Positions 8,762-17,036 of a stretch of DNA of 64,000 bases are shown piece after piece. Each line of letters opens with the position of its first letter. Within the stretch, counting starts at the first letter, position 1. The DNA is from Candidatus Thorarchaeota archaeon. GTDB taxonomy: Archaea > Asgardarchaeota > Thorarchaeia > Thorarchaeales > Thorarchaeaceae. The position numbers were made by a program, and so were the translations under genes. The notes under the pieces were generated by a model. That model made no database searches, had not been told where the DNA came from, and was given only the letters and a program-made list of their open reading frames with translations. Location of the stretch: assembly GCA_003345595.1 (NCBI GenBank), contig PRDI01000075.1, positions 1 to 64,000 on the forward strand, written 5' to 3'.

Positions 8762-9703
8762 TCACTGTCCAAAGGTTGTCTTCCAGACCGCAGCTGCTCC
8801 TGCCTTTTGCAGTGCCCCTGCGACTTGCTCGGTGGTGCGCTTGTCCGGAACAAGAGATATCATCAATCCTCCTCTTCCGGTCCCAGTCAGCTTCGCACCC
8901 AATGCACCATTCCGCAGTGCCTCTTGTATCAAGGTTTCAAGCTCTGGGCAGGACACAGTCAACGAACGTAGCATCTCCTGGTTCTTGTTCATGAGCTGGC
9001 CTGTCTTCTTCAGGTCAATACGGAGCAGAGATTCACGGGCTTCTCTTACGAGATCCTTGTACTCCTCCGCGATGGAGTCAAACCATCTAGGATCACTACT
9101 CTTCTTTACGGCCACATCATCAACGACTTTCTTGGTGCTTGCTGTCAGTCCCGTGGACCCAATGACCAATCCTACCTGTTTCTTGAGCTTCAGCTTCTCG
9201 AACACGGGCACACCACCTGCGGGGTTTCTCACATACCAAATCAGTCCGCCGAAGGTTGATGCGGTATTGTCTATTCCTGAAGGAGTTCCGTGGTAACCTT
9301 TCTCACCCTCGTAAGCTGCTTCGTTGATCTGGTCCGCAGTCAAATCTAGTTGGAATTCCGCATTTAGTGCCCGGGCTAGAGCAACGCAGTTGGCAGCACT
9401 CGCTCCAATGCCAGACGCAGCCACCAAGTTTCCTCCGAGCTTGATGTGGACTCCTCTCTTGGCGAGATCCAAACCTAGATGGCGGATGACTCTGTCTGTT
9501 GAGGCTTTCTGTTCCTCTGCCTTCTCCACCTTATAACCCGGCGTTTCTGGTCTCAAGTCTTCAATAGTCCAACCTGGGGTGTCTGTCCTCGTTACTTCCG
9601 CAGTGGTTTCTGCGGCAATGCCCGCCGCGACTGCGGGGAGTCCATAGACTACAAAATGCTCACCAAACAGGATGACCTTTCCCTTGCCGGAACCTTGACC
9701 CAA
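8762..9703 (-). CDS. mvk: Mevalonate kinase
   Basis: GKVILFGEHFVVYG, GIGASAA, HGTPSGIDN, GAKLTGTGRGG. Confidence 0.93.
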   Translation of the reverse strand: MGQGSGKGKVILFGEHFVVYGLPAVAAGIAAETTAEVTRTDTPGWTIEDLRPETPGYKVEKAEEQKASTDRVIRHLGLDLAKRGVHIKLGGNLVAASGIGASAANCVALARALNAEFQLDLTADQINEAAYEGEKGYHGTPSGIDNTASTFGGLIWYVRNPAGGVPVFEKLKLKKQVGLVIGSTGLTASTKKVVDDVAVKKSSDPRWFDSIAEEYKDLVREARESLLRIDLKKTGQLMNKNQEMLRSLTVSCPELETLIQEALRNGALGAKLTGTGRGGLMISLVPDKRTTEQVAGALQKAGAAAVWKTTFGQ

Positions 9704-9889
9704 TTCTCTTTCTTCCTGTGGTTTAGTTTCGGCGGTTGCCTTTCGCCACTTTTGAACTTATTCTTCGACATTATGCCATACAGCATTGAACGATTGATTT
9801 CAAGGAACGGGGTGTGAGTATGGCACTAGGTCGACGGCTCTAATGTGTTCGTGAGAGTGAAGCGCACCCTGTCATGCAGAAGAAGGCCA

Positions 9890-10028
9890 TGGTGGGCCGG
9901 GCCGGATTTCTCGGCCAAGAGCTGGGAGCCAGCTCCTGCGAACCGGCGGCCTCTTGGTTTTGCGCTCGTGGACCACAAGACCATCGAGTCCCGAACCAAG
10001 AATCATAGCCAAGCTAGACTACCGACCC
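9890..10028 (-). tRNA. tRNA-Pro(CGG) with two introns: 37/38 (9959-9989, 31 nt) and 56/57 (9910-9939, 30 nt); CCA encoded
   Basis: Acceptor GGGUCGG/CCGGCCC-A-CCA, anticodon arm CUUGG-UUCGGGA-CCAAG, T arm GCCGG-UUCAAAU-CCGGC after removing two BHB-flanked inserts; 78 nt mature. Confidence 0.93.
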
Positions 10029-10054
10029 ATGCCAACGTGGACTCATGGTGGCAG

Positions 10055-10918
10055 TCATTTAATGGTTTCGTTCGACTGTGCCTGCAAAAACTCCACCGAA
10101 CCAAGGAACACCCCATCAATACTGTAGACTTCAGACGTAGGAAGGTCCACGCATCCACTTTCAAACAGAGGCCCCTGCAACTTAGCACCCTGTTGATTAA
10201 GTGGAAGTCCGGAGATCAGTGTGTTGAAGCTTGGGAGGGTTATCAGAACCCCGTCAGAATCTTCTTGGCCCTGAGGAATGCCGATGTTCTCTCGAAGACA
10301 GTTCTTGTTCAGTCTGGAACGGAGTATGACTGGCAGTGGTCCAGCGTATCTTCTTCGAGTCTGTCTGCCGGGCAATCGCGCCGACACTACTCTTGTTCGT
10401 GTCAGGCTAGGGTGGCTGTGTCCAATCACGATCATCCGTGAATCTATGACCTCTGGCGAAGGCCATGCATGACCATGAACTAGCCCAATGGAGCAATCCT
10501 CAGTCTTACAAAGCACAACTCCTCTCACATCTGCCACTTTGATATTCCTAGGCAACAGGCTCTCGATTGCACCATCATGATTGCCAGGTATCAGAATCAC
10601 GTCCGTATTCTCTGATAGTTGTGTCATGAAGTTCGGGATAGTCTGCCAGTTGAAGGAGCTGTCAGGGGAGATTGTGTGTTTCAAATCACCTATGATATAG
10701 AGCGAAGAAACCGAATGCTTCTCGATTAGGGTTTTGAGTTTCTTGAGCATTGACCGGTGTTCCGACGGGAATGAAATGCCACTGAGCTTGGACAGCTCAT
10801 CATGGAAACCCAAATGTATATCGGACACCAGAAGCGCAGAGAGCGTATCGGTGTGGACTACCAAGCAGCCACTATCAAAGATTGTTTCCATCGATGTACT
10901 GTCTGGATTCGAGAGCAT
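10055..10918 (-). CDS. Metallophosphoesterase (Lhr-associated type)
   Basis: SDIHLG, GDLKH, PGNHD, HGH, GHSHP, LPSFN. Confidence 0.85.
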   Translation of the reverse strand: MLSNPDSTSMETIFDSGCLVVHTDTLSALLVSDIHLGFHDELSKLSGISFPSEHRSMLKKLKTLIEKHSVSSLYIIGDLKHTISPDSSFNWQTIPNFMTQLSENTDVILIPGNHDGAIESLLPRNIKVADVRGVVLCKTEDCSIGLVHGHAWPSPEVIDSRMIVIGHSHPSLTRTRVVSARLPGRQTRRRYAGPLPVILRSRLNKNCLRENIGIPQGQEDSDGVLITLPSFNTLISGLPLNQQGAKLQGPLFESGCVDLPTSEVYSIDGVFLGSVEFLQAQSNETIK

Positions 10919-10954
10919 TTCAACATCGTCATATGAAGAGGCTCGTGATTAGAG

Positions 10955-11341
10955 ATGGTCCTGACTGCTCATGAGATTGGGCTCCTTGCTCAGGAGGAAT
11001 TGACTCAGGCTGACATCCAGTACTTCAAAGGTAAGTATGGTATACGGTTCATGAGGGCCTTGCGAACAGTCGAAGAACGGCGTGTCGTCAAGTATGTCTT
11101 CAAGCCGAGCGGACTCACCTCATGGATCGTCCGAGGCGTCAAACGCGAGTATCTCGTGATTCCAGAGAACTACTGTAGCTGCAGAAGCTTCTACCAGTCG
11201 GTCGTTATTGCAAGAGAGATTGACACTTGTTACCACCTTCTTGCACAGAAGATTGCAGAAGTCCGAGGATCCTACGAAACAATCGATTCGACAGATAGTC
11301 AGAGAAGGAAGATGCATGTTGTATGGAGAAGGACTGACTAG
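10955..11341 (+). CDS. SWIM zinc-finger protein (ZSWIM7/Sws1-like)
   Basis: YCSCRSF…CYHLLA (CxC-xn-CxH). Confidence 0.8.
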   Translation: MVLTAHEIGLLAQEELTQADIQYFKGKYGIRFMRALRTVEERRVVKYVFKPSGLTSWIVRGVKREYLVIPENYCSCRSFYQSVVIAREIDTCYHLLAQKIAEVRGSYETIDSTDSQRRKMHVVWRRTD

Positions 11342-11430
11342 ACGGTCCTGGAAACACGCCCGCTGAGGATAACTTTAAAAAACGCCCTCTGATGACGCTG
11401 GCTATCTAAGCATCTAGGTCGAACTGAGCA

Positions 11431-12525
11431 ATGCTGCGGCTTGATAACATGTCCAAAATCTGTACGGCCGTGATTACGCTCATGGTAGTCTTATCCTGTT
11501 TAGAGAGTACCGCAAGCGCTCAGACCCCCCTTGACCCGGTCGTCATCCTGTACGATGCCTCCCACGGACCACAGTTTGCGGCGGACGACGCAGACAAGGG
11601 CCTCAAACTCATGCTTGACCTGGTCAATGCGTCAACAAGATACATGGTCCGTGTCAACGAGGTTTCTCCCATCAATGACACCATATTGAAGGATGTAGAC
11701 GTCCTAATTCTCGCGTCCCCCGATCGAACTTATGAGTTCACCAAATCGGAAGCATTGTCAATCGTAGAGATGCTGAACAACGGTAGTTCATTGATGATAC
11801 TCGGTGATCCTGCCATCAGCTCGAACTCCACGTATTGGTCGGGTGAGCCGGCTTTCCAAGACTTGGGGGACAATATTGCAGTCAATCGGCTCTTGGACCT
11901 ACTAAACATCACCGGTGTTGGGTTCAGTATCAATGCGACTGGTGACGACAACTTCTGGCCGGACACAATGTTTGACTATGAACGCGCCTTGAACAACACA
12001 TATCCCTGGGTGATACGGCTCGATCCTACGACATGGGAATCAAGCCATCCAATCTTCAAAGACATCAACGAACTGATTCTGATGACCGCCTCTCTAAAGC
12101 CAGTGTCCCTAGTCAGTTCGATCGCACATGGTGCGAAGACCTCATTTGCCCAGTTCAGAAAGGGTCCTAACACCTTCGCCAACTATTCCTTTCCAAACAT
12201 GAGCTTGGCCGAGTTTGAAGAACGCCCGCTCTCCTACTCGGCAATTAACGGCACACTCCCACCATGGCTCTCCGCCTTTGAGTACAACAACAGCAGGGTT
12301 GTGATATCAGGCTCCACAATCATGTTCACAGGACGTCTTCTTGATTTGCCCAAAGCCGAGGTCAAATGGTTCTATGCAGCAGATAACTCCCGGCTTTTCA
12401 TGAACATACTCGGCTGGCTCTCAGAAGACTTCGTCGAACCCGAGACCGCCGTTATGCCCATGCTGTTGATCTCATCCGCGATTCTTGTAATCGGTGTTGT
12501 CTTCTATTTGGCTAAGAAGAGGTAA
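11431..12525 (+). CDS. Signal-peptide, C-terminally anchored GIFT/GATase-like glycoprotein (WBP1/OST48-like candidate)
   Basis: YDASHG, DVLILASP, GSSLMILGD, NNSRVVISGS..N..L..NILGWL; C-terminal TM plus AKKR; 11 N-X-S/T sequons. Confidence 0.7.
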   Translation: MLRLDNMSKICTAVITLMVVLSCLESTASAQTPLDPVVILYDASHGPQFAADDADKGLKLMLDLVNASTRYMVRVNEVSPINDTILKDVDVLILASPDRTYEFTKSEALSIVEMLNNGSSLMILGDPAISSNSTYWSGEPAFQDLGDNIAVNRLLDLLNITGVGFSINATGDDNFWPDTMFDYERALNNTYPWVIRLDPTTWESSHPIFKDINELILMTASLKPVSLVSSIAHGAKTSFAQFRKGPNTFANYSFPNMSLAEFEERPLSYSAINGTLPPWLSAFEYNNSRVVISGSTIMFTGRLLDLPKAEVKWFYAADNSRLFMNILGWLSEDFVEPETAVMPMLLISSAILVIGVVFYLAKKR

Positions 12526-12539
12526 GCTGTGGAAAACGC

Positions 12540-13148
12540 TTACCAGGTGGGTATCTGCAGGCCCTCAGCCTGCAAGACTCTCTCTATCTCGTTCCTGAGC
12601 TCAACGATATTCGTCCCCTGCTTAGCCGAAAGTGGGACAATCACGGGAGCAAGTCCCTTCTGTGGAATCTTGTCATGCAGATAGTCTATCTCTTCTGCTC
12701 TGTTACCACTTGGCAGCTTGTCAATCTTGTTAGCGACTACTATCACGTGTTGAGATATCTCAGAAAGGAAGGTATAGAATTCCATATCGATTGGAATCTC
12801 TCCCTTGTTTTCCCATCTCTCGACGAGCTCTCGGAAGAGCGAGATGTCTATGACGAGGACCGCCAAGACTAGGCGACCGCTCCAAGACTCAAGCTTTTGC
12901 ACGAGTGCGGTCTTTGCCCGTTCAATGGCCTTCCTTCCCTGTCCAGCCATGTGGCCAAAGCCCGGTGTATCAACAAAGAGCACGGCTCCGAGATCAATAC
13001 TCTTCTCCCATCGTGTGGTCCCTGGACGCTTGCCTACCTTGAGTCTTCGGCCTGTGAGTGCTCTCATCACGCTACTCTTACCCACGTTGCTTCGTCCAGC
13101 GAAAACGACCATGGGTTTCTCATTCCCAGAATGGTCTTGTTCTGGCAT
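12540..13148 (-). CDS. engB: EngB/YihA-family GTPase
   Basis: GRSNVGKSS, GKRPGTT, DTPGFG, NKID; archaeal RW..GEIPID.EFY. Confidence 0.9.
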   Translation of the reverse strand: MPEQDHSGNEKPMVVFAGRSNVGKSSVMRALTGRRLKVGKRPGTTRWEKSIDLGAVLFVDTPGFGHMAGQGRKAIERAKTALVQKLESWSGRLVLAVLVIDISLFRELVERWENKGEIPIDMEFYTFLSEISQHVIVVANKIDKLPSGNRAEEIDYLHDKIPQKGLAPVIVPLSAKQGTNIVELRNEIERVLQAEGLQIPTW

Positions 13149-15960
13149 AGTTCCGCTCCGCCTCTGCAATCTGCCTGAGCAGACTGACTCTGTCTGTCAT
13201 TCCCGGACGCAGTATACGAGATGCTGTCGTCGGTCCAATTCCACGTCCGGCCAGCGCTAGTAGGGCAATCCTGCCATACGTTGCCACAAGTTCTGCTGTC
13301 AGGACGCCTGCAGCATAGAGCTTTCTCTTGTCCTTAGGTACCCTTCGGCCGGCTTTCACTGATTTCACTGTTCCTGAAAGCTCCGAGTCGTCCGGAGAAA
13401 CTGCTGCAATCATTCTTGATCCACAGCTTGGACAGGACACTATCTCGTCCAAAGTGGATACTGTCCGAACCGAGTTCCAATCTCCATTGGCCATACACAC
13501 GAGTCTGAACTGTTTTGCGAGAAGTCTGGCCTCCATAAGCCGAAGAATCTCGTTCTCATCAGTGATTTCACCTAGCACCTCGAAGCGGCTCTTTTCCTCA
13601 ATTATCAGGCGTGCGAGTGGCGAGGGTTTGTCGGTTACTACAGTATAGACGTCCACAGTCCCAGATGAGATTCGGTCGAATAGGTCGACGACCATATTCT
13701 CGTCCAGTTTGTCGTGCAGCACCTCTCTCATCGCCTCTTCGTAGACAGGTCCGTCCTGAAAGACATCTATCAGGCGTCTGACCGGGATGTCCTTGACCCT
13801 TATGTCTCTTCTAATCACACCCATTCTACGGGCGACATGGATGAATCGGGACGCGAATGTCTGCGTGTGTTTCACTGCTAGTCGAAGTATCGTCGAAACC
13901 TGATTGCCTGTATATCCCTTGAGCGTGTCAACAACACGATTCAAGTCAAGCCGTGCCGTCGAAGTCAGAAGAATTCGGTAGGGATCTCTCTCAACACCCA
14001 CGTCTGCTCCGATGCTCGTTGTCAGTAGAGCTGCTACGACAATGCCGAGGGTTTCATTTGCCTTGGTGCCGAACGGGGTATGAATGACCAAACCCGATCC
14101 GAAGTCCTCAACCAAGACAGAGTCCGCAGACGGCAACCTGCCCAATGACTCATGGCTCTGCACCACGGTTCGAATCATGTAGTCTTGTGTTGTTTCATCT
14201 ATCCCGTAGTGAGTCTGTAGCCAATTCCGGGCTTCAGCATTCGGTTCTCTCAGTGTGGAGTTCCAGAGCTTGGCAACCTCCGATGCAACCTCATATGGGA
14301 CCGGGATCATCTCACCAATCCAATGTGGTGCCTCGGTGTCAACGCTGGTTGCTGGTGCACAGAGGACCTCTTCTTCATCCACACTTACAACAGTCCAAGA
14401 CTTACCCCTTATGACAAGCAGCGAGCCGCCTTGCAGATTCTGTGTGACATAGTCTTCGTCCAATACACCTATGGATGTCCTCGTAGTCATGTCTAGGGCG
14501 TTCAGTTGTCTAACATCTGGAATTGTGCTCAAGTGCTCGTAGTAGAAGACCCGTGTCTTCCTGCTAGCTGAGATTCTTGAGTTCTGTATGCGTACAATTC
14601 CTCTCTCGGCCATAAAGTCCAGCACTGAGCCGAGTTCCTCATCAGTCACCTCCACGAACGGGTATGCTCCGTGTATCAATGCTGTGAGATCCTTGCGGTC
14701 TATCTGATGCGTGTCAATGACAACCCCAGCTATCTGATGACATAGAACGTCCCAAGCCTTCTTGTGTATGCTTGCGTCCTCGACCTTGTTCGACAGGGCA
14801 CGTCTAAGTATCACCGCTGACTCAGTCACGTCGTCGAGATTAACGGTTGCCAGAAACACCCCCTCTGCGATCTTGTCGAGTCCATGGCCGGCGCGCCCAG
14901 TACGCTGCAAGGCGCGGGCCACTTCTCGAGGGGACGAATACTGGACGACTAGGTCTGCCTGTCCGATGTCTATGCCAAGTTCCAGACTTGACGTAGCGAT
15001 GATTGCCCTTGAGAGTCCCTGTTTCAAACGAGTTTCAGCAGCCACTCGGGTGTCCTTTGAGAGTGACCCATGGTGGACATCAAACTCAAATGGAGGTTTG
15101 AGAGCGTGCATCTTGGCGCCAAGGACTTCCGCGAACGACCTAGTGTTAGTGAACACTATTGTCGAGGTATGTGATTGCACTAGATCAACGATTCTTCGAA
15201 GCCTCGCTGTGGAGTTCACGGGATAGGAGATTCTCTTGGAAGTTTCAATATCCTCAGTAGTGGGTTGTGGCATTTCCACTCTCAAGTTCATCTTCCGTAG
15301 TCCATATCCCTCCCACAGGATTCTTGTTTCACCCTTCGGCCCGCTCAAAAGGGCCATAACAGCCCTAGGGTTCCCGACGGTTGCGGACAGCCCTATTCGT
15401 TGTACTCGCCCCCCTACGGCTTGGTCCAGCCGTTCAAGACCAAGACTGAGCTGTGTCCCTCTTTTGCTGTCGGCCAGTTCGTGTACCTCGTCGACAACCA
15501 CGGCAAACACAGTCTTGAGATGGTATCTGAGCCTCGGCGCTGGCAGGATTGCCTGAAGCGACTCGGGCGTCGTTATTAGCAGGTGAGGTGGTGTGATGGC
15601 CTGCTGTCTTCGCACATATTGTGTTGTATCACCGTGCCGGACAGCCACTGTGAAACCCAATTTGCCACAGAGGCCCTCCACTCTTCCAAACACGTCCCTG
15701 TTGAGTGCTCTTAGCGGCGTTATGTACAGGATGTAGACCCCAAACAGGTCTCGTTTCTGCTGTTTTTCTCCAAGGAGTTTCAGTAGTGGTAAGAGGGCCG
15801 CTTCAGTCTTGCCGCTGCCTGTGGGGGCGAGTAGAAGCATGTCGCTGCGTTCAGTCAGTATTGCTGGAATCGCCTTCTCTTGGATCGGTGTGGGCTTCTG
15901 GATACCACGAGCTGACAGGAATTCGGAAATCTCTGGACCTAGAGAATCAAAAGCACTCAT
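13120..15960 (-). CDS. lhr: Lhr-type SF2 helicase
   Basis: APTGSGKT, TTPESL, DEVHE, HHGSLS, SSLELGIDIG, QRTGRAGH; C-terminal zinc motif. Confidence 0.92.
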   Translation of the reverse strand: MSAFDSLGPEISEFLSARGIQKPTPIQEKAIPAILTERSDMLLLAPTGSGKTEAALLPLLKLLGEKQQKRDLFGVYILYITPLRALNRDVFGRVEGLCGKLGFTVAVRHGDTTQYVRRQQAITPPHLLITTPESLQAILPAPRLRYHLKTVFAVVVDEVHELADSKRGTQLSLGLERLDQAVGGRVQRIGLSATVGNPRAVMALLSGPKGETRILWEGYGLRKMNLRVEMPQPTTEDIETSKRISYPVNSTARLRRIVDLVQSHTSTIVFTNTRSFAEVLGAKMHALKPPFEFDVHHGSLSKDTRVAAETRLKQGLSRAIIATSSLELGIDIGQADLVVQYSSPREVARALQRTGRAGHGLDKIAEGVFLATVNLDDVTESAVILRRALSNKVEDASIHKKAWDVLCHQIAGVVIDTHQIDRKDLTALIHGAYPFVEVTDEELGSVLDFMAERGIVRIQNSRISASRKTRVFYYEHLSTIPDVRQLNALDMTTRTSIGVLDEDYVTQNLQGGSLLVIRGKSWTVVSVDEEEVLCAPATSVDTEAPHWIGEMIPVPYEVASEVAKLWNSTLREPNAEARNWLQTHYGIDETTQDYMIRTVVQSHESLGRLPSADSVLVEDFGSGLVIHTPFGTKANETLGIVVAALLTTSIGADVGVERDPYRILLTSTARLDLNRVVDTLKGYTGNQVSTILRLAVKHTQTFASRFIHVARRMGVIRRDIRVKDIPVRRLIDVFQDGPVYEEAMREVLHDKLDENMVVDLFDRISSGTVDVYTVVTDKPSPLARLIIEEKSRFEVLGEITDENEILRLMEARLLAKQFRLVCMANGDWNSVRTVSTLDEIVSCPSCGSRMIAAVSPDDSELSGTVKSVKAGRRVPKDKRKLYAAGVLTAELVATYGRIALLALAGRGIGPTTASRILRPGMTDRVSLLRQIAEAERNYARTRPFWE

Positions 15961-16196
15961 CCAAACGACTTCCTTAGTCGGAGCGTGTGACGAATGGCAC
16001 TCACTAGGATGCGGATGTCGGTTCTGAGTGTAGCATCAGCATCGCATGCCCTGTTCTCAAGCAGTTCTATGGCCTCGTTCGGAGAGGAGATCTGTTTCAT
16101 TATCTCCTCGACCAGTGACTGCACTATGTCAAGATTGGACAGGTGCGGTGCAGATCTCTCGAATGCCTGTTGGACTATTTCTTCAGTGTTCATCAT
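15957..16196 (-). CDS. Small helical hypothetical protein, stop overlapping the lhr start
   Basis: 79-aa ORF with ATGA coupling to lhr. Confidence 0.7.
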   Translation of the reverse strand: MMNTEEIVQQAFERSAPHLSNLDIVQSLVEEIMKQISSPNEAIELLENRACDADATLRTDIRILVSAIRHTLRLRKSFG

Positions 16197-16216
16197 GAGG
16201 TGGCTCTGGACGTGCC

Positions 16217-16321
16217 TTACTCTTCCTCTTCCTCACCGTATGCGACGTAGCCCAAGACAAGGAGAAGGGCCACGATTCCCAAGACGTACAAGACAATATC
16301 GATGACTGGGATTATCTGCAT
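16217..16321 (-). CDS. Unannotated 34-aa single-pass membrane microprotein MQIIPVIDIVLYVLGIVALLLVLGYVAYGEEEEE (OST4-like candidate)
   Basis: ATG about 30 nt downstream of TATA (TTATAA 16352-16357); one TM helix and an acidic tail; fills the intergenic gap. Confidence 0.7.
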   Translation of the reverse strand: MQIIPVIDIVLYVLGIVALLLVLGYVAYGEEEEE

Positions 16322-16388
16322 AGGTATCAGATGGCTCCGTCTGAGTGTCACTTATAATCATTGCTGACTGAAAAGATTGATGCAGTGG

Positions 16389-16640
16389 CTATTCCTCTGT
16401 CTTTGCGCTCTCGTAGAATCGGTCAATGAAGCTGCCGTAGACATCTACAGGCTCGGTGAGCGAAGTGACATCGTCAATAGTCATCTCAAGTCCACAGGAG
16501 CCGCACTTAACAGTGGCGACTTTCTTTTCTCTAAGCAGTTCTATCTTGATTGCCGCATTACCACAGCTTGGGCATTGATAAACGTCAGGAATCCGCTTTT
16601 GTGGTCGTCGTCGGATTTTCTGCCTTCTTCTTCTTCCCAT
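16389..16640 (-). CDS. elf1: Transcription elongation factor Elf1
   Basis: MGRRRR..CPSCG..CGSCG..EPVDVYG.FID. Confidence 0.92.
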   Translation of the reverse strand: MGRRRRQKIRRRPQKRIPDVYQCPSCGNAAIKIELLREKKVATVKCGSCGLEMTIDDVTSLTEPVDVYGSFIDRFYESAKTEE

Positions 16641-16795
16641 GATTCCTCACCTTTGCCTATTTCGCACAGACCGAGCTACAAGGCACGGAGAAACAGAGCG
16701 ACTCCGGCCTCGGCTGGGATTCATTTAAGCGTTGCGTTAAGTCCCGATGAGTTTGGGGTTCGAAGGCTTCTTATTGCAGCTGCCGTGCGACATGA

Positions 16796-17032
16796 GTGAT
16801 GTCCGCCTTGTCAAGAAATGCTCAGTGCGTATTGCAGATACTACAGGCCACAGGTACCCTGACGACATCCGAGATACTTGAGATGGCAAGGAGAACTGAG
16901 TACGCTGAGATCTGCAAAGACTGTGCAGGTGGTGACACTTTTGTCGCCGCTGCCAACCAGCTTGTCGAACAGGGGCTTGTCACGAAGAAACTGGGTAAAG
17001 GCGGATACCACTGGCAAATTGTGAGGCGATGA
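16796..17032 (+). CDS. Small winged-helix-like protein with CxxC, upstream of the cysteine desulfurase
   Basis: LTTSEIL..CKDC..L.EQGLV.K..GKGGY.W pattern. Confidence 0.7.
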   Translation: MMSALSRNAQCVLQILQATGTLTTSEILEMARRTEYAEICKDCAGGDTFVAAANQLVEQGLVTKKLGKGGYHWQIVRR

Positions 17033-17036
17033 GAGA

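Noticed and set aside
9845-10441. 198-aa + strand ORF
   Set aside because: Antisense to tRNA-Pro and the phosphoesterase; no motifs
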